From positions 12,187-76,186 of the forward strand of contig JAUYJS010000003.1 in the NCBI GenBank assembly GCA_030698565.1: a stretch of DNA of 64,000 nt, written 5' to 3'. The notes below the pieces were generated by a model, which was given only the letters and a program-made list of their open reading frames with translations, ran no database searches and was not told where the DNA came from. Position numbers and translations under genes: made by a program. Of this stretch, positions 38,610-48,383 are shown piece after piece. Numbering within the stretch: the stretch's first letter is position 1; every line of letters starts with the position of its first letter. The DNA is from Candidatus Shapirobacteria bacterium (GTDB lineage Bacteria; Patescibacteriota; Microgenomatia; UBA12405).

Positions 38610-39805
38610 TGAGACAAAACTTCTATAGCTTTATTAAGTTGAAGATCTTCTTTTTGATTACTATCATTTTTAACTTCAACATCCGGATCTACCCCAATTT
38701 TGTGTATATTATTTCCATTTGGTAATAACCATTTGGCAATAGTTACATGTAAACCACTGCCATCACTAAATTGCTCCGGTGCCTGTACTGTACCTTTACC
38801 AAAGGTTTTTTCACCCACTAATTTAGCTCGATTATAGTCTTTCAAAGCTCCAGCCAATATCTCAGCTGCTGAAGCAGACCCACCATTCACCAAAACCACC
38901 AATTTATCATTAATTAAAGCTCCTTTTGATTTATCTATAGAATAAATTTCAACTTTTCCATCAGACGATTGTTGCTTTACCACCACTCCATCAGATAACA
39001 AATCAGAGGCCACCATCACACTCGCATCCAAAAAGCCACCCGGGTTGTTTCTTAAATCCAAAACCACTCCACCAAAGTTTTTATTTGTTTTTTTATCCTC
39101 ATTTATTTTATCAACCACTTCTGGCCATTCCTGGTATAACCTTTCTGTGAATTTAGACAATCTTACCCACGCTATTTTTTTACTGCCAATTTCCTTCCAT
39201 TCTAATTCAGCACTAGGAACTACTATATTATCTCTTTTTAAGGTGACATCAAATGGAGCATCCTTACCCTTCCTAAACATTTTTAATGTAACATCAGTCC
39301 CAATTTTACCTCTTATTAAATCTACCGCTTCGCTTAAAGAAATTCCATTTGTGTCTCGATCGACATTATTGGCTTTATCTGTAATCTTTAAAATCAAATC
39401 CTTGGCTTCTATTCCAGCTTTTGCCGCTGGCGTTTTTGGCAAAGGCGCCATAACCGACAAGATATCGTCCGTATAACCTAGTTGAATTCCCACCCCTCCA
39501 AATTCTCCAGCCAAATCTTCATTTGAATTTTTATTGGCACTTGGAGGTAAGAAGACAGTATAGGGATCATCCAAAGAAGCAACCATTCCCTGTATTGCTC
39601 CATAAGTCATTTTCTGCTGATCTACCTTATCTTTGTCCAAATAAAGTGAAGAAATCTTATCCTTTACCTTCCACATCAAGGATAAATCCATCTGATTTTG
39701 ATTGCCAACCAACGTTCCTTCAGATTTCTGACCAGATTTAAAACTTACTATCGAAACTACCGATAATAAGGCCAAAACTAATACAATATTTCTGATTTTT
39801 TTCAT
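38606..39805 (-). CDS. ctpA: C-terminal processing peptidase (S41 family)
   Basis: It has a PDZ domain and the S41 core LVNGGSASAAEILAGALKD. Confidence 0.8.
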   Translation of the reverse strand: MKKIRNIVLVLALLSVVSIVSFKSGQKSEGTLVGNQNQMDLSLMWKVKDKISSLYLDKDKVDQQKMTYGAIQGMVASLDDPYTVFLPPSANKNSNEDLAGEFGGVGIQLGYTDDILSVMAPLPKTPAAKAGIEAKDLILKITDKANNVDRDTNGISLSEAVDLIRGKIGTDVTLKMFRKGKDAPFDVTLKRDNIVVPSAELEWKEIGSKKIAWVRLSKFTERLYQEWPEVVDKINEDKKTNKNFGGVVLDLRNNPGGFLDASVMVASDLLSDGVVVKQQSSDGKVEIYSIDKSKGALINDKLVVLVNGGSASAAEILAGALKDYNRAKLVGEKTFGKGTVQAPEQFSDGSGLHVTIAKWLLPNGNNIHKIGVDPDVEVKNDSNQKEDLQLNKAIEVLSQ

Positions 39806-39814
39806 AACAATATT

Positions 39815-40561
39815 CTATTCTACCACTATTAAAAGTCTGTTCTTTTTTGAATTTAAAAATAATTGCTCTCTTTTCCCCAAAAAATCCTTTAAATTATTCC
39901 AAGTTTTTTCTTCTATATTCAAAATTGGTAAATTATTTTCCAACTCATAGTCTTTATAATCACCAATTACCACTACCCCAGCAACCCCCACAACTTCCGC
40001 TTTTGATAAAAATGATTCATCCAAATTATTAGTAAAAATAATACTCCCTTCCAGGGAATAGTTTAACTCTGAAATTTTATTTAATATCTTTAAATCGCTC
40101 ATTCCCCAAGCTTTTCCCTCCACCAAAGCACTTCCTTCAAATTCTATGGCCTTAAATTTTAAAACCAATTTATCCTCTTCAATTGAATCTATTTTGGCTT
40201 TTACTGGACTTTTTACTTCTTTTCTTTCTTCAGAATCTATTTCAAATTTAATATTATAAAATTCATCCAAGCCAACAAATCGGCCATTGCAAGGTGACAC
40301 AATTTTCTTTCTAAAAACTCCACTAGTTTCAAACAACAAATCTCCTTCTTTAATAGCTTTATCTTTCCACTTAAAGTTAAACTCTTCCAATTTTTCCTTT
40401 TTAATCCGAGAAAAAAATATAGAAGCATCTACGTTTATTGTTTCCTCAATCAAATAAGAGAATAAAATACTATCTTTATCGACAGAGTCGCCAACCTTAA
40501 CTAAAATTTTTGTATTTTTAGGGAACCCAATCACCCATTTTGTAATTACCTTTGATTTCAT
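39815..40561 (-). CDS. Hypothetical protein (start taken at the internal Met, MKSKVITKW)
   Basis: The longer ORF to 40603 overlaps the terminator hairpin of the rpsR operon, so the internal start is favoured. Confidence 0.3.
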   Translation of the reverse strand: MKSKVITKWVIGFPKNTKILVKVGDSVDKDSILFSYLIEETINVDASIFFSRIKKEKLEEFNFKWKDKAIKEGDLLFETSGVFRKKIVSPCNGRFVGLDEFYNIKFEIDSEERKEVKSPVKAKIDSIEEDKLVLKFKAIEFEGSALVEGKAWGMSDLKILNKISELNYSLEGSIIFTNNLDESFLSKAEVVGVAGVVVIGDYKDYELENNLPILNIEEKTWNNLKDFLGKREQLFLNSKKNRLLIVVE

Positions 40562-40595
40562 AGTAAAATTATAGCAACATATTGGCAAACAAAAA

Positions 40596-40611
40596 CCCGG
40601 CAACGGCCGGG
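40596..40611 (-). terminator. Rho-independent terminator of the rpsF-ssb-rpsR operon
   Basis: On the minus strand, the hairpin CCCGGCCGTTGCCGGG is followed by TTTTTGTTT. Confidence 0.65.
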
Positions 40612-40633
40612 TCTGTTAATTTTAATTTAAAAA

Positions 40634-40873
40634 TTATTCTATCGTAATAAAAGGTAACAAGGCCAAATGTCTTGCTTGCTTTATCGACGTTGCCAATTTT
40701 CTCTGATGACGACCACAAACGCCAGTTAACTGAGAACTTAAAATTCGGCTTCGAGGAGATAAAAATTCTCCCAATTTTTCGTAATCCTCCCACATAGGTA
40801 TAGTTTTACTTTTACAAAAACTACATACTCTACTTCTAGGAATTATTATTTTTCTTTTAGTCTTTTTGATCAT
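40634..40873 (-). CDS. rpsR: 30S ribosomal protein S18
   Basis: The protein reads ...RVCSFCKSK...GRHQRKLATSIKQARHLALLPF. Confidence 0.85.
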   Translation of the reverse strand: MIKKTKRKIIIPRSRVCSFCKSKTIPMWEDYEKLGEFLSPRSRILSSQLTGVCGRHQRKLATSIKQARHLALLPFITIE

Positions 40874-40883
40874 ATTAGTTTAA

Positions 40884-41381
40884 TTAAAAGGGCATTTCTT
40901 CACTAGTATTGTTCTCGTCTGGTTTTTTACCTAAATCATCAGGAATAATAATATCTTCAATCGTAGAACCAGTAGACAATTCTTCTTCAACTACTGGAGT
41001 TTCGTTACCAGCAAGATCAGCCGGTCGATCATTGTTTGCCATACCTTTATTATCCAAAATAATCATATCGTCAATTACAATTTCGGAAATTTGTTTTTTA
41101 TTGTTTTCAGAATCCACAAAATCACGATATTGAATTCTACCATCGACATAAACTCTTCTACCCTTACTTAAAAGTTGAGAACATAATTCAGCTAATTTAT
41201 TCCAAGCTACAATTCTGTGAAACTGGGCATCTTCTTTTCTTTCACCTTGTTTAGTTACCCAAACCCTATTGGTAGCTAATCCAAAAGAAGCTACGGCCAT
41301 TCCACCTGGAGTGTATCTAAGTTCTGGATCTCTGGTCAAATTACCTATTAACATTACTCTATTAAGACATCTACTTGGCAT
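40884..41381 (-). CDS. ssb: Single-stranded DNA-binding protein
   Basis: It has an OB-fold (VMLIGNLTRDPELRYTPGG) and the acidic C-terminal tail ...EEMPF. Confidence 0.9.
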   Translation of the reverse strand: MPSRCLNRVMLIGNLTRDPELRYTPGGMAVASFGLATNRVWVTKQGERKEDAQFHRIVAWNKLAELCSQLLSKGRRVYVDGRIQYRDFVDSENNKKQISEIVIDDMIILDNKGMANNDRPADLAGNETPVVEEELSTGSTIEDIIIPDDLGKKPDENNTSEEMPF

Positions 41382-41393
41382 GTTATCTCCTTA

Positions 41394-41690
41394 TTACTTT
41401 TTTAAAATTAAATAACGAATAATACTTACTTCCCGATTAAGAAACAAATTAACATTTTTTAAATTTAAAGCCTTTAAACTTTCAATGTCAAGTGTCCAAA
41501 AATCACCTTTATTAAAACCATTGATTTCATAAGATAATTCTTTGTTTCCCATATGATCTTTTTTAGAAACCTCAGCACCAGCCTCTTCCATCCAGGAAGA
41601 TACTTTATTTAAAATTGTTTCTTTTTCTTTTTCCTCGGTCTTTGGGTTTAAAACCGCAACCATTTGATATTGATGTTTACTGTCTTTCAT
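41394..41690 (-). CDS. rpsF: 30S ribosomal protein S6
   Basis: The N-terminus YQMVAVLNP matches S6, and the rpsF-ssb-rpsR synteny is classic. Confidence 0.85.
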   Translation of the reverse strand: MKDSKHQYQMVAVLNPKTEEKEKETILNKVSSWMEEAGAEVSKKDHMGNKELSYEINGFNKGDFWTLDIESLKALNLKNVNLFLNREVSIIRYLILKK

Positions 41691-41728
41691 GAACTCACTA
41701 GATTAACATAATAAATTTATTTTTACAA

Positions 41729-43099
41729 TTACTTTATTTTCCTAATTTTACAGTCATCTTTTAAATCTTCAACCATATATCCCTTTTCTAAAATTAATCG
41801 TCTTAACCTATCAGATTCAGCCCAATTTTTCTCCATCCTCATTTTATTTCTTTCTTTGGCCAATTGTAAAACATCCTCAGGTATATTTTTGTCTTTTTCA
41901 AAATTTACATCCAAATTTAAACCCAAAACTTTATCAAAATCTATCAGAGTAGCCTTTTTATCAGCAGGGCCAACACTACTGTCTTTTACTAATTTCCAAA
42001 CAATCGCCATTGCCTCGGGTACCATTAAATCGTCTTCCAATTTTTCAATAAACTGTCTTTTATATTGTTCATTTATACTGCCCTCTTCGGGTAATTCAGA
42101 AACAGTTTCTTTTAGTCTAAAAAATGCTGTTTGTGCAGATTCTAAGGATTTAAATGTAAAATCTAATCCCTTATGATAACTCGAAGATAAGGCTAAATAT
42201 CTTAAGGCTAGTGGATCAAAACCCTTTTCTATTAAGTCAGTAACTAAAAATATATTACCTAGACTTTTAGACATTTTAACCCCCTCATAAGTTAGCCAAG
42301 CATTATGTATCCAATATTTAGCAGTTTGGTGTCCAAAAGCACCATAAGCTTGAGCTATTTCATTAGTATGATGCACCCCAATATGTTCAATCCCCCCCGT
42401 ATGAATATCAAATTCTTCGCCTAAATATTTGGTTGACATTGCCGTACATTCAATGTGCCAACCCGGAAATCCCTCTCCCCAAGGGCTATTCCATTTCATA
42501 ATATGCTGTGGTTGATTCGTTACCCAAAGCAAAAAATCCCAAGGATTTTTCTTTTCCTTATCCACCTCTACTCTAAAACCAGATTCCATTTCTTCCAATT
42601 TTAAATTAGCAAATTTTGAATAATCAGAAAATTTTTGAGTGTCAAAAACTAATCCGGTTTTTGTTTTATATGCAAAACCATTATCTTCGATTCTTTTTGC
42701 CAAATCAATTTGTTCCTTTATATGTTCGGTCGCTCTTGGCACTACGTCCGGCGAACTAATGTTTAATAAGTTTAAACTTTCTAAAAACTGTTTTTCGTAT
42801 TTTCTGGCAATTTCCCACACAGACAAACCTTCTCTTTTTGCGCCCTTCTCCATTTTATCTTCACCCTCATCACTATCCGAAACTAAATGGCCTACATCTG
42901 TAATATTCATGACCCATTTAACATCAAAACCCATATATCTTAAAAATCTGACCAACATGTCCCACTGAACATAAGCATACATATGACCAATATGCTGATT
43001 CCAATAAACAGTCGGTCCGCAAGAATATATCCCTACCTTTTTGTCATGCAAAGGCTTAAATTCCTCTTTCTGTTTGGTCGCAGTATTGTACAAGTTCAT
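41729..43099 (-). CDS. cysS: Cysteinyl-tRNA synthetase
   Basis: It has HIGH ([10 protein letters not shown]), KMSKS (KMSKSLGN) and zinc-binding cysteines. Confidence 0.9.
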   Translation of the reverse strand: MNLYNTATKQKEEFKPLHDKKVGIYSCGPTVYWNQHIGHMYAYVQWDMLVRFLRYMGFDVKWVMNITDVGHLVSDSDEGEDKMEKGAKREGLSVWEIARKYEKQFLESLNLLNISSPDVVPRATEHIKEQIDLAKRIEDNGFAYKTKTGLVFDTQKFSDYSKFANLKLEEMESGFRVEVDKEKKNPWDFLLWVTNQPQHIMKWNSPWGEGFPGWHIECTAMSTKYLGEEFDIHTGGIEHIGVHHTNEIAQAYGAFGHQTAKYWIHNAWLTYEGVKMSKSLGNIFLVTDLIEKGFDPLALRYLALSSSYHKGLDFTFKSLESAQTAFFRLKETVSELPEEGSINEQYKRQFIEKLEDDLMVPEAMAIVWKLVKDSSVGPADKKATLIDFDKVLGLNLDVNFEKDKNIPEDVLQLAKERNKMRMEKNWAESDRLRRLILEKGYMVEDLKDDCKIRKIK

Positions 43100-43125
43100 G
43101 ACTTATTATATAAAATTTAAAACGA

Positions 43126-43554
43126 TTAATCCGGTTTCTTCGAAAATTCAGTAGTTTGTGACATTGAATCATCAGTTGGTTTATTTTTCTTTCTTGGATT
43201 GCCACCTTTTTTATGATCAAGAAAAACTGGATCCTGCATTTCCATTTCCTCGGCTTCTCTTTGTCTTTTTAAATTTTCCAAAAATGCTCTTTCTTCCTCT
43301 TCTTCTTTTTTCTTCTTCTCCTCTACAATTTTTTCAATCTCTCCTTCTACATTTCTTCCATTGCCAATTTGTGATTTTAATTCTGCAGCTTCTTTTTGTT
43401 TTTTTCTTTCATCCTCTGCCTGTCTTTGGGTCATTTCACCCTCAGTCATTGGCTTTATATCTCCCAAAAGTTCTTTTCCGGTAATAATACTTTCCGCAAT
43501 TTTTCCAGTGTGAGAAACCAATTGTTCAACTGTTTCAGCAACGAGTTGTTTCAT
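43126..43554 (-). CDS. Hypothetical Lys/Glu-rich protein
   Basis: It is a low-complexity KE-rich ORF lying between recR and cysS. Confidence 0.3.
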   Translation of the reverse strand: MKQLVAETVEQLVSHTGKIAESIITGKELLGDIKPMTEGEMTQRQAEDERKKQKEAAELKSQIGNGRNVEGEIEKIVEEKKKKEEEEERAFLENLKRQREAEEMEMQDPVFLDHKKGGNPRKKNKPTDDSMSQTTEFSKKPD

Positions 43555-44174
43555 ATACTCCTCCTCCCATCCAAAGCTCGGCTTAAAGTTGCCTGATCGG
43601 CATATTCCAAATCAGCTCCAATAGGCAATCCACTCCCAATTCGGCTAATATTAACTTCTTTATCTATTTCTTCAATTCTTCTTTTTATATACAAAGCAGT
43701 CGCCTCTCCTTCCATAGTTGGATTAGTTGCCAAAATTATTTCCATATCTTTTTTATCAACTTCATTAACCATTTTTCTAATTCGTTGCAATAATTCTACT
43801 ATCTTAAGATCGTCTGGGCCAATATGATCCAACGGATTCACCGCTCCGCCCAAAACATGATAAACACCCTTAAAACCACCCATATTTTCAATTACCATCA
43901 CATCAATAGCTCTCTCCACCACACAGACAACGTTTTTGTTTCTTTTATTATCTGAACAAATTGAACACACTTCAGTATCACCTACCGAAAAGCAAACAGA
44001 ACAAATTTTTATGTCTTTCTTCAAACGCAAAAGTGAATTAGATAAATTATCAATAAAACTCTGTGGCGTATTTAAAAGATAAAATACTAGTCTAGTAGCA
44101 CTTTTTGGGCCAATACCTGGCAACCTTTCAAAGGCAGTAATCAAATTTTTAATTGCCACTGGGAATTCTGCCAT
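43551..44174 (-). CDS. recR: Recombination protein RecR
   Basis: It has HhH (LPGIGPKSATRL), a C4 zinc finger and a Toprim domain. Confidence 0.9.
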   Translation of the reverse strand: MAEFPVAIKNLITAFERLPGIGPKSATRLVFYLLNTPQSFIDNLSNSLLRLKKDIKICSVCFSVGDTEVCSICSDNKRNKNVVCVVERAIDVMVIENMGGFKGVYHVLGGAVNPLDHIGPDDLKIVELLQRIRKMVNEVDKKDMEIILATNPTMEGEATALYIKRRIEEIDKEVNISRIGSGLPIGADLEYADQATLSRALDGRRSI

Positions 44175-44185
44175 ATATTTTTAAT

Positions 44186-44434
44186 TTAAATCAATCCTTC
44201 CAAACCACCCATGTCTTTCATTTTTTTAGCAGCTGCTTCCTGTGATTTTTTCATTGCTCTATTAATAGAGTCTACTAATATTTTATTCTCTACACCATTG
44301 ATGGATAAATATTTTATTTTTTGGTCACCACTAACCTTAATTTTTATACCATTTTCCTCAAAATCAATTATTTCAGCCTCAACTGCCCTTTTTAACTTAA
44401 AAGCTTGTGCCATCATCTTTGCTTTATCAAACAT
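44186..44434 (-). CDS. ybaB: YbaB/EbfC nucleoid-associated protein (short)
   Basis: MFDKAKMMAQAFKL...INGVE matches YbaB, and the dnaX-ybaB-recR synteny supports it. Confidence 0.8.
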   Translation of the reverse strand: MFDKAKMMAQAFKLKRAVEAEIIDFEENGIKIKVSGDQKIKYLSINGVENKILVDSINRAMKKSQEAAAKKMKDMGGLEGLI

Positions 44435-44484
44435 ATTTTTCTATTTATTTAATTTATAATCAACTCTCAATTTTAACATTATTT

Positions 44485-45051
44485 TTAGTTACACTCTCCA
44501 CTCCATAATCCCACTTTATTTTCTTTTGCTATTTTCTCCTCTTCCATAAATTCATCCATTTTATTTACAATAAAATATTTATAAACCACAGCATCTCCCT
44601 GACTCAAAATCGATTTATTAATCATTTCATTATTATAATAAATATATCTCAACAACCTACCATATTTGTCCTTATCTGCTTGGCTTGGATCAGATTCCAA
44701 AACAACTTCTTTGTTTTTAATCTTCAACTCTAAATTATTTTTAGATTTACGGGCAAAGCAAACCATTATTTTTTTCTTATCATTCATTTCCGGCGCATCT
44801 ATTCCCAAAAGCCGCACTTCTTCTTTGTTATTATTTTTTATAACTTCAATCGTATCGCCATCAATTACCCTATTCACTAAATATTCAGTCTTCTCAGGTT
44901 CTTTGTTTTTATAAGTAACTAAACCCAATAAAACAAAAGTTATCAGAATAAAAATATTTAAAATTCGAGTTATATTAGCCGAATATTTCCTTGGCGACGT
45001 CATAAATATCTTCATCTCCTTTTTTAGTATTTTCGGCCACGCCACTAACAT
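44485..45051 (-). CDS. Thermonuclease (SNase-like) with an N-terminal anchor
   Basis: It has VIDGDTIEV...VRLLGIDAPE. It is inserted between dnaX and ybaB. Confidence 0.65.
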   Translation of the reverse strand: MLVAWPKILKKEMKIFMTSPRKYSANITRILNIFILITFVLLGLVTYKNKEPEKTEYLVNRVIDGDTIEVIKNNNKEEVRLLGIDAPEMNDKKKIMVCFARKSKNNLELKIKNKEVVLESDPSQADKDKYGRLLRYIYYNNEMINKSILSQGDAVVYKYFIVNKMDEFMEEEKIAKENKVGLWSGECN

Positions 45052-46495
45052 TTTCTATAGGAGTGTCATTATTAATTACCAATGGTTCTTTTTTAATTTT
45101 ACCCAAAACACACTCCAAAAGCATTTCCACATTAAATACTTTAAACAATCCAGATTCGACAATTTGTTTGTTTTTTATTTCCTCTAACTTATCTTTGTGA
45201 AAAGGATAAAAAACTTCCAACACTAAAGTGTTACCTTTAACCATTTTAGGTCGACAAGATCGTAAAAAAGCCTCAACCGAATGATTGAATGGTTTAACAG
45301 CTGTTAAAACTTTTACCCAACCTTGTTCCACATCTTCCACTTTTATTATCGACAGACCATCGACCACAAACTCTTCTTTAGGTCTGCTTTGCAGACCCTC
45401 ACCGCCTTTATCATTATCGTCACCTAAAAATTCAACTACGGCGAGCTGAAGTGGCAATTGATCGATAAAAGCATCTTTTTCTTGTTTACCAGCCACAATC
45501 AAAAGATTAAACCATCTTTTTAAATCCACTAAATTTAATTTTGATCTATCTGCTAAATTACCCACCCCAAGACATGTCAATAATTTTTGCTGAAAATAAG
45601 CTAAAAGTCTTTGTCTATAAGCCGAAAAATCCACTCCTTTTTCTGCCATTTTCTCTAATCTCATTAAAATAATCTTCCCTTTTTTATTGGCCAAGTCGTT
45701 CTCAAACTCCTCCTCGTTATACTCCCCACTTTTAGCTATAAAAAAGTTTTGAACATCCTCCAAAACAATATTTTGCCCAAATTGTAAAAAAATTTCATTA
45801 AAAGTTTTTTGTAAGTTTCTAAAACTACCATCACTTTTACTTAAAATCAATTCAATTGAATCCTTGTCAATTTTTATTTTTTCTCCCTCGATTATTTTTT
45901 TTAATGATCCATTTAACTCTTCTTTTCCACCTTTATGAAATTCAATATTCACCAATCTTGACAAAACTGTTTCTGGAATTTTGCCCTCATCTGTCGTGCA
46001 TAAAATAAAAATAGTTTGCTTGGGTGGTTCTTCTATTAACTTTAAAAGAGCATTAAATGCCTCTTTAGTTAACATATGAACTTCATCGATAATAAATACT
46101 TTCTTGTTTAATTTAGTTGGCAGGAGATAAGCATTTTCTTTTAGATTTCTAATGTCATCGATCCCTCGGTTTGAAGCGGCATCAATTTCCAAAATATCTA
46201 AAGAACTATTATTCAATATTTCCCTACAATTGGCACATTCATTACAGGGTTCTACCCCTTCCGGATTTAAACAATTCACTGCTCTTGCCACAATTCTTGC
46301 CGCCGAAGTCTTACCTGCTCCTTTGGGGCCGGAGAACAAAAAAGACTGGGGCATATTCTTGTCACCCAACATTTTTTTCAACAGCTTGGCAACACTCTCT
46401 AAATCTAGGTCTTCAATTCTTTGTGGTCTATATTTTAAATGAAATACTGACATCAGAAAATTTAACCAAAATACCTCACCTTTTACAATGATCAT
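44975..46495 (-). CDS. dnaX: DNA polymerase III subunit gamma/tau
   Basis: It has Walker A FSGPKGAGKTS, a zinc module (CNECANC) and a DEVHML-type box (IIDEVHMLT). Confidence 0.9.
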   Translation of the reverse strand: MIIVKGEVFWLNFLMSVFHLKYRPQRIEDLDLESVAKLLKKMLGDKNMPQSFLFSGPKGAGKTSAARIVARAVNCLNPEGVEPCNECANCREILNNSSLDILEIDAASNRGIDDIRNLKENAYLLPTKLNKKVFIIDEVHMLTKEAFNALLKLIEEPPKQTIFILCTTDEGKIPETVLSRLVNIEFHKGGKEELNGSLKKIIEGEKIKIDKDSIELILSKSDGSFRNLQKTFNEIFLQFGQNIVLEDVQNFFIAKSGEYNEEEFENDLANKKGKIILMRLEKMAEKGVDFSAYRQRLLAYFQQKLLTCLGVGNLADRSKLNLVDLKRWFNLLIVAGKQEKDAFIDQLPLQLAVVEFLGDDNDKGGEGLQSRPKEEFVVDGLSIIKVEDVEQGWVKVLTAVKPFNHSVEAFLRSCRPKMVKGNTLVLEVFYPFHKDKLEEIKNKQIVESGLFKVFNVEMLLECVLGKIKKEPLVINNDTPIENVSGVAENTKKGDEDIYDVAKEIFG

Positions 46496-46528
46496 ATCTG
46501 CATCAGCTGTTGTTACCCTCGATAAACG

Positions 46529-46556
46529 GTAGAGACGCGCTGCAGCGCGTCTCTAC
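46529..46556. repeat. REP family B palindrome (GTAGAGACGCGCTGCAGCGCGTCTCTAC)
   Basis: It is a perfect 28-nt palindrome. Together with about 35 nt of 3' flank it is nearly identical to 63577-63638. Confidence 0.8.
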
Positions 46557-46591
46557 AACTTGTCAAATTTTTTAATAAAATCACACCTATC

Positions 46592-46619
46592 GTAGGGGCG
46601 ATTCATGAATCGCCCCTAC
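46592..46619. repeat. REP family A palindrome (GTAGGGGCGATTCATGAATCGCCCCTAC)
   Basis: It is a perfect 28-nt palindrome. Five more copies lie around the RAYT gene at 54997-55683. Confidence 0.8.
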
Positions 46620-46645
46620 CCGTTTATTTTGAAAATACGATTTAA

Positions 46646-47023
46646 TTACTTCTCCAAATTCTCCACTCCGTGTATCAACCATTCTCTCAAGACTTCTTCC
46701 AAGCTCTTTTTTTGAAATTTAACTTCATATTTTAATTTTTGAGTGCAAATCACAATATCTCCCAACCGAATCCAACCGTCAGTATCCATCTTTTTGGACA
46801 TAGGAAAACCTAAAACCTGTGGTATATAACTCATTTTCCTATAAGATAGATTCAATTCTTTGGCTTTCTTTCGTCCCACAAAAAAAATACTTAGCTCAAC
46901 ATTATGTTTATAGCCAAAATTATTTAACGCATCTTCTGATAATTCCCATACCAATTTTTCATTTAATCCCCAATTCTTCGGATACTTCAATAAAATTACA
47001 TTTCTTTTTTTTTCTTCGGTCAT
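46646..47023 (-). CDS. ybeY: YbeY-like protein with a degenerate metal-binding His motif
   Basis: QVLGFP and GDIVIC match the YbeY pattern (DVLSFP, GDIVIS). The C-terminal H..H....H triad is replaced by IHGVENLEK. Confidence 0.45.
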   Translation of the reverse strand: MTEEKKRNVILLKYPKNWGLNEKLVWELSEDALNNFGYKHNVELSIFFVGRKKAKELNLSYRKMSYIPQVLGFPMSKKMDTDGWIRLGDIVICTQKLKYEVKFQKKSLEEVLREWLIHGVENLEK

Positions 47024-47448
47024 AACCTCTCTTTTACTTTTTTTGAAATTACATCTCCACCAACCCGTCCATTTACCGCTGTCATAACATCTCTCATTAC
47101 TAAACCAAAATTTGTTCCATTTTTTTCAATTGCCTGGTCAACCACCCTATCCAATTCTTCCATACTCATTTCTTTTGGCAAATATTCTTTTACTACCGAT
47201 ATTTCATAATCCATCTGTTCAACTAAATCCATTCGATTCGCTTTCAAAAACATTTCTCTTGATTCTTCTTTATTTTTTAATTCTTTTCTCAAAACCAAAA
47301 TCTCTTGGTTATCATCCATACCTCCGGGTGGAAGTTGCAATTCTTTCTTATCCATTAAAGACACTAAAAAACGCAATACATCCACCCTTTGTTGGTTGTG
47401 ATCTTTTAAGGCGGTTACACTATCTGATTTTATTTTATCTTTGAACAT
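47020..47448 (-). CDS. GatB/YqeY domain protein
   Basis: It has the YqeY family pattern and sits immediately downstream of rpsU, which is conserved synteny. Confidence 0.7.
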   Translation of the reverse strand: MFKDKIKSDSVTALKDHNQQRVDVLRFLVSLMDKKELQLPPGGMDDNQEILVLRKELKNKEESREMFLKANRMDLVEQMDYEISVVKEYLPKEMSMEELDRVVDQAIEKNGTNFGLVMRDVMTAVNGRVGGDVISKKVKERL

Positions 47449-47653
47449 GTCTTCGAGAATTTTTAGCTTTTTTGCGGCATTTCTCTCTCCACAAAATTAT
47501 CTTCTTTTTAGCATATCTTTCTTCTGAAGGTTTGCTGTAAGCAGTTTTCTTTTTTACTTCTTCAGTAATATCTTCATCCAAGCACAACCTTCGGAATTTA
47601 CCGATAATGTCGTCTTTTGATTCACCTTTTTTTCTTTTTACGATAATTGGCAT
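47435..47653 (-). CDS. rpsU: 30S ribosomal protein S21
   Basis: The sequence is MPIIVKRKKGESKDDIIGKFRR...RHVQR. Confidence 0.85.
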   Translation of the reverse strand: MPIIVKRKKGESKDDIIGKFRRLCLDEDITEEVKKKTAYSKPSEERYAKKKIILWREKCRKKAKNSRRHVQR

Positions 47654-47696
47654 CAGTTCACCTCCTTTAAACTAAACAGATGACTGGTATTTTACC

Positions 47697-48383
47697 CTAT
47701 ATTTTATTACTTTGTAAGCACTTTAATCTGTCAAGACTATTTATTGATCCGTCACCATTGAAATCTTCTAAAGGATTACACGGATCTTTAGTCACCGTTG
47801 GAACTAATGCTACCGAAGGGGTTGCTGTCTTAGAACCATTAAGACAAAAATTATAATCTACAGAGTTTATCACTCCATCATTATTATAATCAGTGTTTCG
47901 ATTGCAACTAGGAGCACCACTAGGGCTAGCAACTGCTACTGTTGGAGCCAAAATTATCGGAGCTACAGTAGGAACCACCTCATTTCCAGTATTAGCAACC
48001 TTAAAAGTATAAGGTACACCGCTATTGTCAAATATTTCTTCCCCGATTCTAATTCTATAATAGTAAGTTACACTAGACTTTAATGGTGACAATAAAATTT
48101 TATGATCAGTTGTTGCTTCTGTTTCCACAGCCCTCAACAATAAACTAGCTGGATTAGTTCCATATTCCACCACGCCTTGTGTTGCTTTATCCGAAACCCA
48201 AGATACACTTGCACTTTTTCCATCTTCGCTTGGATCAGCCATCACATTTTTTGGTTCAGTCTCTGCCGCCGCACCACTCATATAAGTCTTAACCGTATTT
48301 ACACCCAAAACACCCAATACAATTACTAGCACCAAAATTATACCTACAATAATTGTTTTAACATTTATGCTTCCTTTGATCAT
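47697..48383 (-). CDS. Membrane-anchored surface protein with an FN3/purple-acid-phosphatase-N-like domain and a C-terminal pair of dockerin-like Ca-binding repeats
   Basis: It has an N-terminal TM segment, VSWVSDKATQGVVEYGTN...VTYYYRI, and two repeats: DYNNDGVINSVD and DFNGDGSINSLD. Confidence 0.5.
   Translation of the reverse strand: MIKGSINVKTIIVGIILVLVIVLGVLGVNTVKTYMSGAAAETEPKNVMADPSEDGKSASVSWVSDKATQGVVEYGTNPASLLLRAVETEATTDHKILLSPLKSSVTYYYRIRIGEEIFDNSGVPYTFKVANTGNEVVPTVAPIILAPTVAVASPSGAPSCNRNTDYNNDGVINSVDYNFCLNGSKTATPSVALVPTVTKDPCNPLEDFNGDGSINSLDRLKCLQSNKI

Noticed and set aside
39815-40603. Full-length ORF start at 40603 (MPGFCLPICC...)
   Set aside because: The 5' extension overlaps the rpsR operon terminator hairpin. 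The internal Met (MKSKVITKW) is the more plausible start.
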